From positions 276,551 through 340,550 of the forward strand of contig JBEPZY010000002.1 of NCBI GenBank assembly GCA_041640595.1: a DNA stretch of 64,000 nucleotides. The letters are read 5' to 3'. The translations under genes and the position numbers were made by a program. The DNA is from Gemmatales bacterium (lineage in GTDB: Bacteria > Planctomycetota > Planctomycetia > Gemmatales > HRBIN36). Below the pieces are notes generated by a model that saw only the letters and a program-made list of their open reading frames with translations, made no database searches and was not told the DNA's origin. This document shows, one piece after another, positions 1-10,263 of the stretch (position 1 is its first letter; every line of letters begins with the position of its first letter).

Positions 1-2
1 GT

Positions 3-638
3 GGCATTCAGCTCGACCCAAAACGAGCCGAGTCGCATTACAACCTCGGTATCGTTTATCGCAAACTGGGCCAGTACGAAAAAGCTATCCAGGCTTATCT
101 GGAAGCGACCCATCTCAAACCGGACATGTACGATGCCCACTACAACCTCGCCAATCTGTTAATGGAACTGCGGCGTTATTCCCAGGCGGTACACCATTAC
201 AAGCTGGCCCTGGAAATCAAGCCCGATCTGGAAAAGGCTCGTGCCGGTCTGGAGGCGGCCCAGAAGGCCCTGGAAGGCGAAACCCGCATCCTGAGCGGTA
301 CCGATACCGCCCAACCCACCGCCGCTGCGGAAAGTGCCTGGCAACGCCAGCTCGATCCCCAGCGCGATGGGCCGGTGCTCATGCGCTTGCATCAGACCTG
401 CATCGAAGCCGAATCTCTCTGCCGCGACTATTGCATTCATCTGGAAAAAGAATTGCAGCCATCTCTGGAAGAACTGAGCGGACGGTTGCTGGCGCCAGCG
501 TCGAATATCGGTGCTCTGGAAAAAGCTGTCGAGCAGTTCGAGCAGAACGTTCAGCGACTGGCCAGCTATCAGCGCCATTTTCAAGAACTGATGCGGCGGC
601 TTCGGGAAGCCAGCGCGGGAATGTTCCCCGCAAGCTGA
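3..638 (+). CDS. TPR-repeat protein, 5'-truncated by the window edge
   Basis: Frame is open from position 3 (GIQLDPKRAESHYNLGIVYRKLGQYEKAIQAYLEATHLKPDMYDAHYNLANLL...), showing typical TPR helices followed by a coiled-coil-like C-terminus. Confidence 0.85.
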   Translation, partial: GIQLDPKRAESHYNLGIVYRKLGQYEKAIQAYLEATHLKPDMYDAHYNLANLLMELRRYSQAVHHYKLALEIKPDLEKARAGLEAAQKALEGETRILSGTDTAQPTAAAESAWQRQLDPQRDGPVLMRLHQTCIEAESLCRDYCIHLEKELQPSLEELSGRLLAPASNIGALEKAVEQFEQNVQRLASYQRHFQELMRRLREASAGMFPAS

Positions 639-897
639 CAGAATCTCCGTCGCGGTCGCAGTATATGCAGATGTTGAGGTTGCCCAACGCGGGAATGTTC
701 CGCACAGGCTGACAAAATCCCCAGGCCACGGGATTGTCTCGAACCTGCCGCAAGTTCTTATCCGAGCCGAAGGCCTCAACGCCGACGATAACAGTCCGAC
801 TCTGCCCGACGGGAAAAACCAGTTGACCCAGGTGTCGGCATCATCCAGGGGCGAGGAAAATAGCCCGAGTCTGCCCGAAAAATATCGCACGATCAGG

Positions 898-1930
898 TCG
901 GCTGGCGTAAGCGAGCCGTGGTGTGGGTCACGTACCCGCGGATGCGAAACGCACAGCAGCAACAACGTCCGCGCTTGCAACCAGGAGCGGCTGGCGTAAA
1001 CGAGCCGTGGTGTGGGTCACGTACCCGCGGATGCGAAACGCACCGCCGCAACAACGTCCGCGCTTGCAACCAGGAGCGGGGGGCGTAAGCCCCCCGTGGA
1101 AAACGAACGACACTGCACCGGCGTTCGTGAGCGCGCTGACGGCAGTCTCGCGCGACTTTACGGAAGCGTTCCTGCATGTACGTTTTTCAACCCCCACGGC
1201 GGGCTCACGCCCGCCGCTCTTGGCTGGATGTGCGTTTGTGCATCGCAAAAATCGTTTTTTCGCCGACAGACGTTCGCTATGCAACAAGAGCGGGGGGCGT
1301 AAGCCCCCCGTGGGTTCGCTGCCGCGACTGCACCGGCGATCGGCGCACGCACCGTCGGCGGTCTGCCGTGAGTTAGTGGAAGCGCCGTTGCAAGTGCGAT
1401 ACTCACATCCACGGCGGGCTCACGCCCGCCGCTCTTGTCTCCGCACGTGACGAGTGTCCCCGGACGTCAGCGGTATCGGTGTTGCAAGTGCGTTTCCCGA
1501 ACAGCACGGCGGGCTCACGCCCGCCGCTCTTGTGGATGTGCGTTCGTGCATCGCAAAAATCGTTTTTTCGCCGGCAAACGTTCGCACCGCAATACAAGAG
1601 CGGGGGGTGTTAGCCCCCCGTGTGAGACGAAACGCCGTTGCAAATCGCAACCGCGCATCTCCGACGATATGCGTGCGTTCACCGGGAGCGGGCGGCGTCA
1701 GCCCCCCGTGGGTTCGCTGCCGCGACTGCACCAACGCCTGTGAGCACACTGACGGCAGTCTCGCGCGACTTTACGGAAGCGTTCCTGCATGTACGCCTCC
1801 CTAACGCCCACGGCGGGCTCACGCCCGCCGCTCTTGGTTGTGTGTTCGCTCGTCGCTGAACAACATTCGCTTCTCACGGCACACCGATCGTACCAGCGAG
1901 CCACGGCGGGCTGACGCCCGCCGCTCTTGG
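898..1930. repeat. REP/BIME-like array 1 (~11 hairpin units)
   Basis: Repeated CCACGGCGGGCTCACGCCCGCCGCTCTTG and inverted CAAGAGCGGGGGGCGTAAGCCCCCCGTGG units every ~90-125 bp; an 89-bp tandem duplication at the left end. Confidence 0.9.
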
Positions 1931-2345
1931 GGAAGCGTTGAAAGTTGTGGGAGCGAACCTTGAAAGTCGCGGAGGTTGGCGGGCGGTGTGTTCGGCGAGT
2001 GCGGGTGGGCCGGTTCACTTGACGGGGTTTGCAGAGGCAGGCCCTATGAAGTCTGTACATTTGTGGGCGTAAACGTCGGAGAGGCGCTCGGCTCGACGGC
2101 TGGAACTTGGCGGCCCGGCTGGCTGAACATCGGAGGGGCGCCTGGCTCGATGGCTGGAACCAGGCGGCCAACCTGGCGGCCCGTCTGGGTAAACGCGCTT
2201 GGCTCGATGGGGTCTGCGAAGGCAGGGCTTGCGAGGCTATACGGTTGATGCGCACAAGCACGGGTGAAACGGTTTGCTTGACGGGGTTTGCCGAGACAGG
2301 TAGGATAGCTCAGCAAGGGCCGAACTTGATTGCAATTCCCGAGCC

Positions 2346-3554
2346 ATGGGTGAATGGATGTATCAGCGAGAGTTTCGGCGGCATAAAACGCGTGAGGTGC
2401 GAGTCGGCGACAAAGTGGTCGGGGGCGACAACCCGATCTGGGTGCAGTCCATGACCACTACCGACACGCACGACGTGGAGGCTACCGTCGCACAAATCCA
2501 CCGCCTCGAAGAAGCTGGTTGCGAATTGGTGCGGGTTACCGTGCCCAAACCTGAAGATGCCGCTGTGCTTACCGAGATCAAACGCCGCATCCATATCCCG
2601 CTGATTTGCGACATCCATTTCGACTACCGCATGGCCCTGGCAGCGCTCGACCATCCGGTGGATAAAATTCGCATCAATCCTGGCAACATCGGCGGTTACG
2701 AGCGGTTCCGGCAGGTGGTACGCAAGTGCCGCGACAAAGGCGTGGCCATGCGGATCGGCGTCAACGCTGGCAGCCTGGAAAAGGACTTGCTCGACAAATA
2801 CGGTTATCCCTGCCCGCCCGCCATGGTGGAGAGTGCCCTGCGCTATATCGAAATTGCCGAGGCGGAGGGATTCCGCGACATCATTGTTTCCCTGAAATCG
2901 TCCGACGTGCCCACGGTGGTGGAAACGTATCGGTTGTACGCCAGGCAGTGCGATTATCCGACACACATCGGGGTTACAGAAGCGGGCAAACCGCCTTACG
3001 CGGTGGTAAAATCGGCCTGTGGACTGGCGCCGCTCCTGTTGGACGGCATCGGCGATACCATCCGGGTGAGCCTGCTCGGCGATCCGGTGCCGGAAGTGCA
3101 GGCGGCTTTCGACATTTTGCAGGCGACGGGTCGGCGCGTCCGCAAGCCGGAGCTGATCGCCTGTCCTACCTGTGGTCGGCTGGAGATTGACCTGGAAAAA
3201 ATCGTGGCCGAACTCGAACAACGCCTGGCCGGTCGGAAAACTCCCGTCAAAATCAGCGTGCTGGGCTGTGTGGTCAATGGTCCGGGCGAGGCACGCGAAG
3301 CGGACATTGGCATCGCTGCCGGTCGCGGAAAGGGCATGATCTTCCGTCGCGGTCAGATGATCCGCACTGTGTCCGAAGCCGAAATGGTGGACGCCCTGCT
3401 GGAAGAAATTGACCGCTGGGAGCAGGAGGAACTGGCCCGGCGACAAAATCGCACAGACACGACCAAGCCCGACGCCGCTGCGGTTTCCTCTGCTTCACCT
3501 TCGACCGCGATGGTATCGCCTCGCTCGGGTAGTGTCTCGCTCCCGCTGGTCTGA
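2346..3554 (+). CDS. ispG: 4-hydroxy-3-methylbut-2-en-1-yl diphosphate synthase (flavodoxin/ferredoxin-dependent)
   Basis: Motifs VQSMTTT, DIHF, RINPGN, RIGVNAGSL, GDTIRVSL, CPTCGR and GCVVNGPGE. The start could be ATG 2358. Confidence 0.97.
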   Translation: MGEWMYQREFRRHKTREVRVGDKVVGGDNPIWVQSMTTTDTHDVEATVAQIHRLEEAGCELVRVTVPKPEDAAVLTEIKRRIHIPLICDIHFDYRMALAALDHPVDKIRINPGNIGGYERFRQVVRKCRDKGVAMRIGVNAGSLEKDLLDKYGYPCPPAMVESALRYIEIAEAEGFRDIIVSLKSSDVPTVVETYRLYARQCDYPTHIGVTEAGKPPYAVVKSACGLAPLLLDGIGDTIRVSLLGDPVPEVQAAFDILQATGRRVRKPELIACPTCGRLEIDLEKIVAELEQRLAGRKTPVKISVLGCVVNGPGEAREADIGIAAGRGKGMIFRRGQMIRTVSEAEMVDALLEEIDRWEQEELARRQNRTDTTKPDAAAVSSASPSTAMVSPRSGSVSLPLV

Positions 3555-3631
3555 ACCTGCCGCAAACAATATCCAGGACAGCAGCCTGACGGTACAATTC
3601 CTGCGGCCACTCTGCATCAGGACGAAATCCC

Positions 3632-5602
3632 ATGGCGATCCGCTTTACCTGTTCGCATTGCAGTCGAAGTTTGACGGTCAAGGATGAACTGGCGGGAAAG
3701 CGAGGCCGCTGTCCGTATTGCAAGCAGGTCATCGTAGTGCCTGCCAGTCGGGCGACGGCACCGGTACGCGATCCCCGCAAACCGGATGCAGAAAGTCTGG
3801 CTCTGGCAGCGCTGGGTCTGAGCAGCAGCGAGACGGTAACCGGTGCGGAGACGGTCAGTTCGAGCAAGCCCGCCCCGCCGATCCAGGTGACCTGTTCCTG
3901 GTGCGATCATCAGTTTGAAGTCGAGGGGACGCTGGCAGGCAAACAGACGCCCTGTCCCGAGTGCCGTCGCATTGTGCGTGTGCCGGCAGCACAAACGCAG
4001 AGTCCGCGGGATTGGCGTCAGGCAGCCCGTGCGCCCACGGCTGCGGTGCTTTCCCAGCAGCAAGCGGCACCGGAAGGAGCCTGGGGAACGGCAACGGCTC
4101 GCAGTTACGTCAGCCAGGAGGCCCTCGAAGAAGCCGAAGCCTTACCGATCGAACGGGAGCCACTCACGGTCGGCCAGTGGGCGACACGCATTGGCCTGGC
4201 GTTGCTGGCACTGGTTGCCCTCTATGCCGGTTATCGCTGGTTCACTGCCCATCGGGCCGAAAGCTGGCAGCGTTCTATGCTGGCGGAAACGCAGCAGTTT
4301 CTGGAAAATCCCCAGCGCTCGCCGGAACAAACCCTGCTGGTGCAACTCGCCCTGATGCGCTACTGGCAGAACACGGAGCCGGACAACAACCGCATCCGTG
4401 GCGTGTCCCGGACTGCCCGTCAGCTGGCAGCAGCGGCCCGCGAACAACTCGGCAAACTCGCTACGGCCAACGATCCGGTCAGCCTCCGCGTTTATGAAGG
4501 CATGCTGGTCGAATACGTTGCCCAGTGCTGTGCCGCCGGTTTGTTACCTGACGATATCAACCCCGGGCTGAACACGATGCTCCGGCGGCCTGATGCAGAA
4601 ACGTTGCTGCGAAAAACCGTGGCGCGTTTAGCCGATCTGCAGGTGGACACGCCGAACCAGCGGCAGGGTTTGCAGGTTTTGCGGCGAATGCTGGAACAGG
4701 CGTTAGCTGCACCGCGAACCGAAGCCGCGAAGGCACCTGTCGCCGCCACGCAGTCGTCAGCGGATTTGCTGGCTGTGGCTGCTCAGGAATTCGCCGCTCT
4801 GGGAGATACCGAATCCGCACGGGCTATGCTGAAGGCTCTGGCGAACCAGCAGCCGTCTCCGTCCAAAAAGCCGGGCGAAGAAACAAAGGCCGCCGTTCGC
4901 GCTGGCAGAAACCCTGCTTCTTTAGCCGAAGTCGTTGCCAGGGTCATGCTGGAATCTTCCGAAACCGGGCAGGGGCAGACTGCTGCGGGAGCTGATGCGG
5001 GGCCCAATGTCGGTCTGAGTCCTGCCGCCAGCGCTGTGATTCAGTTGGAGGTGCTGGTACGCAAAGGCCGGTGGTCGGAAGCGGTGCAACACTGGAGGAA
5101 ATACTGGCCCCCAGGTTTATCAGTGCTCGAACGCTGGCCCGGCTTGCAACTCCTGGCCGAGGGCGTTTTACGCCATGGCGACGATCAGATAGTGGCGGAT
5201 TTACTGAATGAATGCGAGGGTCTGGAAAAAGCGGCTCCGCCGCGGATTCTGCCGGAGGTACGGTTATTGCAAGTTCGTCTGGCCACCGCAGCCAAAAAAG
5301 AGGAAGTTGCCAGGCAGCTTATCGAACAGGCCGGTCCCGAGCCGATGCGGCGTATGTTGCGGCTGGCGCAGGCGGAGACGGTCATCCTCCGGGCCAGGGA
5401 GTGCCTGTTGCCGGAGCAGATTCCCTCCTGGCAGGAGTTGCAGCCTGCGGAACGGGCGTATTTGCTCCACCAACTGGCCTGGCACAATGTCCGTAAGGAT
5501 CGCGGTCAAGCTCGCCGCTGGGCCGATTCGTTGTCGGGTGCCGATCGCGCGATCGTGGCAGCTGTCTTACTGGCCTGCGATTCGGCGGCGGATTCACGCT
5601 GA
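3632..5602 (+). CDS. Membrane-anchored protein with two N-terminal zinc ribbons and a helical C-terminal region
   Basis: CSHC...CPYC and CSWC...CPEC pairs, then one hydrophobic segment (IGLALLALVALYAGY). Confidence 0.75.
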   Translation: MAIRFTCSHCSRSLTVKDELAGKRGRCPYCKQVIVVPASRATAPVRDPRKPDAESLALAALGLSSSETVTGAETVSSSKPAPPIQVTCSWCDHQFEVEGTLAGKQTPCPECRRIVRVPAAQTQSPRDWRQAARAPTAAVLSQQQAAPEGAWGTATARSYVSQEALEEAEALPIEREPLTVGQWATRIGLALLALVALYAGYRWFTAHRAESWQRSMLAETQQFLENPQRSPEQTLLVQLALMRYWQNTEPDNNRIRGVSRTARQLAAAAREQLGKLATANDPVSLRVYEGMLVEYVAQCCAAGLLPDDINPGLNTMLRRPDAETLLRKTVARLADLQVDTPNQRQGLQVLRRMLEQALAAPRTEAAKAPVAATQSSADLLAVAAQEFAALGDTESARAMLKALANQQPSPSKKPGEETKAAVRAGRNPASLAEVVARVMLESSETGQGQTAAGADAGPNVGLSPAASAVIQLEVLVRKGRWSEAVQHWRKYWPPGLSVLERWPGLQLLAEGVLRHGDDQIVADLLNECEGLEKAAPPRILPEVRLLQVRLATAAKKEEVARQLIEQAGPEPMRRMLRLAQAETVILRARECLLPEQIPSWQELQPAERAYLLHQLAWHNVRKDRGQARRWADSLSGADRAIVAAVLLACDSAADSR

Positions 5603-5754
5603 GCGAGTTTTGCTGACTCGTTTGGCCAAGGAAAGAATGCCGCCATGTTCCTCGGGCGAAAATGTGCGGGCGTGGAACGTTCTCAATTCGGTTGAGGGGA
5701 AGCTGGCGATCTGCCAGCGGCCAACTGGTTTGCCAGCAAACCGAGCGATGCGGT

Positions 5755-7410
5755 TTATTCCACGGACACCACCTCGATTTGCAGGTGGGACAGGAGCGGT
5801 TGGAAGACCAGGAGCGGGCGTGTCGGTTGCACATCGTTCCAGCTGTGATGGGCGAGTTTGATGTGTGTGGCGGTGATATGCTCCTGGTTGAGCGTTGGGT
5901 CTAAACCGTACCATCGGCCGCGAATCCACACTTCCAGCCACATGTGCGGCACGAACGCCCGATGGTGCGGGTCGTACAAAAAACCCATCGCTAACCGCGA
6001 CGGCACACCGACCGCACGACACATAGCCGCGGCGAGCACGGCATGTTCGGTACAATCGCCCGCCAGGGTGCGAGCTACCTCATCCGCTGAGGCAAACGCT
6101 TCCACATAGGTCTTGTCGCGGACGTTCTCGTACACCCAGCGTCGGATGCGCTGGGCTTTCTCCCACGGTTCGGTAGCACCAGCCACGGCACGGCGAGCCA
6201 GTTGCTGCACCAGCTTGTCCTCGCTATTGACGACCGGATTACTCCGCAAATACTCCGCAGGCGGTTCGGTTCGGTCAGTGTCACCCTGGCCGGGCTCATT
6301 ACCGCGGGACACTTCCAGTTCCAGCATTGCGGGCTGTCGCTGACGCAGACGTTGGCGGTCATCCTGCGGGAAAACTCCCTCGGCAAATTGCCCCGATTTC
6401 AGGGTCAGACGGTAGGTGATTTTCCGCGCTTGCAGAGGTTGTGCAATGGGCCGGGCGACGCGAATCATCTGCCTCAGGGCAATATCCACAGTCTCGACCG
6501 GGCCGGGGGCGAGTGCTTCCTCTTTGCCAGTGCGCAGGCATAGCATCTTGCCCAGTCCGGGCTGGTGGGTTTCCAGGCGAACCGGCTCCCCGGTTTCATC
6601 GAGCCAGATCAGGGCATCGGGCAATTCCACGCCGGGTATTTTTTCATAACGCGCCCGCAAGCGTAACCATTTCCGTCCCGCGGTAAAAGGCCCCGTGTCG
6701 TAATCCTCGGCGGTGACCTGGAGCTGAACGAAGCGATCCAGTTCCGGCACGAATTTGCAATATTGTCGCCTGGTGCCGGGCTCCCACTTCTGCTGGCTCA
6801 AAAACCGTTCTTCTGCGTACAAACCGAGGGCTTCGGCTTTCCAGGGAATGCGTACCTGGCGGGGTGGTTGTTGCCCGATCTGCACCTGCATGACCAGTTC
6901 CTCGCCGATCACCGTGCCGCGGCGAATGATGTGCTGGTCGCGGCCAATCTGCAGGTGCACGGTCACACTGGCCACCAGTCCCTGCGGCGTTTCGTAATTG
7001 GCCAGGGTGTTGACAAAGGTCACCGGTTGCCCAAACCGCCGCACTCGCAATTCCATCGTGCTCGTGGCCTGGATAAACGGCTGCCCACGTATGCTGACTT
7101 CCTGATACACATGGTGCAAATGGCCCGATTTCACGCCTTCCAGATACAGCGCTTCCCAGACCTCTTTCAAGATTTTGCCAGGGCGAACCTCGCCGTTGGC
7201 GGGTGGATTCTGCGCCCAGCTGATGGCCAAACCTGCCAGGCTCATTCCCGCAAGCACAAGCGTTATGCCGATTGCCCACTGCTTGTGCCATCGCTTCCCC
7301 GCACTACTGGTTGCATTCGAGTGAAGCAGGCACGGATGCGGAGTTGGCACGCCACCTGGCGAAATCATCGGCAACCCTGCGGCATGGCGAACGTGTTGAC
7401 CTGGTGTCAT
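5755..7410 (-). CDS. Transglutaminase-like domain protein, exported or membrane-anchored
   Basis: GDCTEHAVL (catalytic Cys), HMWLEV (His) and LDPT (Asp); N-terminal hydrophobic segment. GGAAGGAG RBS before ATG 7410. Confidence 0.85.
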   Translation of the reverse strand: MTPGQHVRHAAGLPMISPGGVPTPHPCLLHSNATSSAGKRWHKQWAIGITLVLAGMSLAGLAISWAQNPPANGEVRPGKILKEVWEALYLEGVKSGHLHHVYQEVSIRGQPFIQATSTMELRVRRFGQPVTFVNTLANYETPQGLVASVTVHLQIGRDQHIIRRGTVIGEELVMQVQIGQQPPRQVRIPWKAEALGLYAEERFLSQQKWEPGTRRQYCKFVPELDRFVQLQVTAEDYDTGPFTAGRKWLRLRARYEKIPGVELPDALIWLDETGEPVRLETHQPGLGKMLCLRTGKEEALAPGPVETVDIALRQMIRVARPIAQPLQARKITYRLTLKSGQFAEGVFPQDDRQRLRQRQPAMLELEVSRGNEPGQGDTDRTEPPAEYLRSNPVVNSEDKLVQQLARRAVAGATEPWEKAQRIRRWVYENVRDKTYVEAFASADEVARTLAGDCTEHAVLAAAMCRAVGVPSRLAMGFLYDPHHRAFVPHMWLEVWIRGRWYGLDPTLNQEHITATHIKLAHHSWNDVQPTRPLLVFQPLLSHLQIEVVSVE

Positions 7411-7776
7411 AGCGAGGACTCCTTCCAGAGTGCACAAGGTGAGGCAAAACACCGTGCGTTGCTGGCGCGGCTCTGAAAGTTTTGCCCGCGACCTGATGCT
7501 CCGCTTACAATCATAGCCGATCGCCTGCATCCGCGGTATGGCGAGCATGTTCACCGCTGAACACGTCCAGCAGGCATCGCCGCTGTTTTGCGACTAATAA
7601 GTCGCGCAGGCATAGTCGGCAGGATCGTCGGCTCAGGTCAGGATCGGTGCTGGCGGAGCATTTTTCTTCAGTTCCGACATTCAGCCAGACCGGGGCCAGG
7701 GCGATACAATGATACAGACACCTGGATCTTCCTCCCGCCGCGGTTCTGTTGCCAACCCCCTGCCATCGGAAGCTCC

Positions 7777-8412
7777 ATGAAACGCATTTTCCGCACCGCT
7801 TCATCTGTCCGTGAGGGTCAACTGCCAGCGCATCTTTTGCGCGAGCAGTATGGCAATTTCCGACTCACACGGGCGATTCGTCCGGGCGAGAAAGGCGGAG
7901 TCGTTCCCGAAGCCGGTTATCGTCTGGAATGGACGGCAGCCCCGTTGCCCAGGCTCGCCGCCAGCGTTTCTGCGGAAATGTTGTTCGAGGTGTTCGTCGA
8001 GTTAGTGGCTTTGCTCGGCGAGGAACCGGATGTGTACCTGCAAAGCAGTCATGACCGGATGCGCCGCGATTACCTTCGCCGCAACATTGACCGACCCGTG
8101 TTGCTCAGCTACCTTGTCGAGTTTGAGGAGTTGCTTTTGCACGACGGTTATAGCGGTATCATCGTGGTGGACCGCCAGGGGAATCGGGAGGTGCATTTCG
8201 ACGAGCACAAGGTTCTGGTGGTGTATGCCCCGCGACTGCAACCATTCGTCCAGGTGATGGAACGATTCCACCTGCCCCGCAACGACCGGTTGCGATTGAT
8301 CCTGGAAGGTGTCCACTACCATTGCTCCCGACCGGATTATGCCGCCCTGCTGGAACAGTTCCGGCTTCAATTAGGTGCGGAAGAAAACACGCATCTGGTT
8401 TGGGACAGTTAA
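7777..8412 (+). CDS. Hypothetical protein
   Basis: Long ORF with a globular-looking sequence (LLLHDGYSGI, EVHFDEHKVLVVY). The start at ATG 7777 is inferred. Confidence 0.7.
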   Translation: MKRIFRTASSVREGQLPAHLLREQYGNFRLTRAIRPGEKGGVVPEAGYRLEWTAAPLPRLAASVSAEMLFEVFVELVALLGEEPDVYLQSSHDRMRRDYLRRNIDRPVLLSYLVEFEELLLHDGYSGIIVVDRQGNREVHFDEHKVLVVYAPRLQPFVQVMERFHLPRNDRLRLILEGVHYHCSRPDYAALLEQFRLQLGAEENTHLVWDS

Positions 8413-8502
8413 TCCGCTGGTATCACGGCGTTGAAAAATAAGCAAGCGGAAGATTGTAGCGACGGCACGACTTTCCCCCACCCGCCCGCCCAGCGAACCG
8501 AC

Positions 8503-8895
8503 ACCCGCCGCTCTTGTTCGTCCGTTCGCTAGTCGCTGAACGAAGCGCGTTTCCCGCTGCACAACGTTCGTATCACGGAACCACGGCGGGCTGACGCCCG
8601 CCGCTCCTGTTCGTCCGTTCGCTAGTCGCTGAACGAAGCGCGTTTCCCGCTGCACAACGTTCGTATCACCGAACCACGGCGGGCTGACGCCCGCCGCTCT
8701 TGGCTGGACGCACGCCTGCGCATTGCAAGTCGCGCATCTCGCACCGAACAAGCGTCGTGCACCAAGAGCGGCTGGCGTAAGCCAGCCGTGGCACCACATC
8801 CGCATGTGCGGCGCAAAACGTATTCAATCCGAAAAAGCCGGTGGCGTTGCAAGTGCGAATCCGAACCGCGGCGGGCTGACGCCCGCCGCTCTTGG
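8503..8895. repeat. REP/BIME-like array 2 (~5 units)
   Basis: Same hairpin units; contains a near-perfect 93-bp tandem duplication (8504/8597). Confidence 0.85.
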
Positions 8896-9263
8896 TTGTG
8901 TGTGCGGTCGTCGTAGAGCAGAGTTCGATTCTCGCAGGACAGTGAGCGAATTACTTGTCGTGATTTGGCGCCGCTCCGTTCCTTCGGGAACAGTCGTCTC
9001 TTGGGCGAACGAGGGCGACGCATCCTTGACCGCAATCCACCAGTCGCCCTTTAATGACCGGCGTAGTCGCGGTGACCGAACCGTACGCCGTGCAACTTTC
9101 CCTGGCTGACGACGAAAGCTTTGGTAAATACGGCAAGCGCGATATTACCGACTCTGGTGCAACTTTCGCTGGCCGACGACGAAAACGCGAACATTGGTTC
9201 TGGTGAGATAAAAACGACACCATCTGGTGCGAATTTCGCCCGCCGACGACGGAAGCCCGAACC

Positions 9264-10169
9264 ATGGCCATCCTCATTTTGGGCAGTTATGACGATGAGC
9301 ATGCCTGCCATGTTTACCAGTACCTGAAAGACCGTTGCCGGCAGGACGTGGAGCTGTTCGACAGTCGCTGGTTCCCAACGCACACGCAGATTAGTTTTGA
9401 ACCGCAAGGCTGCCAGGGATGGTTACGCTTGCCTACGGGCCGTCGGTTGCGGTGGGAGGAAATTACTGCGGTTTACTGGCGCTGTTACTACGGCGTGGCC
9501 GTTCCATCTCTTCCCGATCCGGAGCAGCGACTGATTGCCGAATCGGATAGCCAGGGGCTGATCGAGACACTGTTTCTGGAGCTGCCCGCTCGCTGGGTCA
9601 ATGGCTGGCACGCTCAGCAACTGCATCGCACCAAACCGGTGCAATTGCAGCGTGTGGCGCGGCTGGGGTTAGCCATCCCCGCGACCGTCGTCACCAACGA
9701 TGCCGAAACGGTAAAGCAATTCGTGGCCGAGCATGGGCGGTGTATCTTCAAGCCCGTGCAGGGCGGTGCGCATGCCCGTTACGTCGAAAGCCGACACCTC
9801 ACCGATGAGCATCTGTCGTTGCTCCGTGTTGCCCCGGTTACCATCCAGGAGGCTGTAGAAGGCACGAACATTCGCGTTTTTGTCGCCGGTCAGGAGGTGT
9901 ATGCGTGCGAAATTCGCACGCCCTGTCTCGACTACCGCGACGATCCCCAGCCACGCATTCTCGTTCATACACTGCCAGCGGAGGTGGTCGAGCAGTGCCG
10001 GACAGCGGCCAGGGAACTCGATTTGCTCTGGACGGGGATGGACTTTCGCCTGACTGCGGACGGACGCTATGTGTTTTTAGAAGCGAATCCCAGCCCGATG
10101 TTTTTGGGTTTCGAAAAGGCCACGGGTCTGCCCCTGACCGAGGCCCTGGTGAAGCTGCTGACAGGATAA
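9264..10169 (+). CDS. RimK-like ATP-grasp ligase, probable graspetide macrocyclase
   Basis: AVYWR, WVN, K-x-x-QL, IPATVVTND, IFKPVQGG, IQE, IRV, DYR and GMDF...FLEANPSP motifs typical of RiPP ATP-grasp enzymes; adjacent to a TTxxxxEE repeat peptide. Confidence 0.9.
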   Translation: MAILILGSYDDEHACHVYQYLKDRCRQDVELFDSRWFPTHTQISFEPQGCQGWLRLPTGRRLRWEEITAVYWRCYYGVAVPSLPDPEQRLIAESDSQGLIETLFLELPARWVNGWHAQQLHRTKPVQLQRVARLGLAIPATVVTNDAETVKQFVAEHGRCIFKPVQGGAHARYVESRHLTDEHLSLLRVAPVTIQEAVEGTNIRVFVAGQEVYACEIRTPCLDYRDDPQPRILVHTLPAEVVEQCRTAARELDLLWTGMDFRLTADGRYVFLEANPSPMFLGFEKATGLPLTEALVKLLTG

Positions 10170-10263
10170 CATGTCGGTCGGACTTGCTGACGGGGCAAGG
10201 GCCAATTTTCGGCGAGCAGCGAGGTGGTACCGGTTTTCAGGAGAAGCGCGTTCCGGGCCGGTG

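Noticed and set aside
5755..8412. Transglutaminase and hypothetical gene as part of the graspetide cluster
   Set aside because: They are separated from the ligase by a REP array and ~850 bp, and nothing in the sequence links them.
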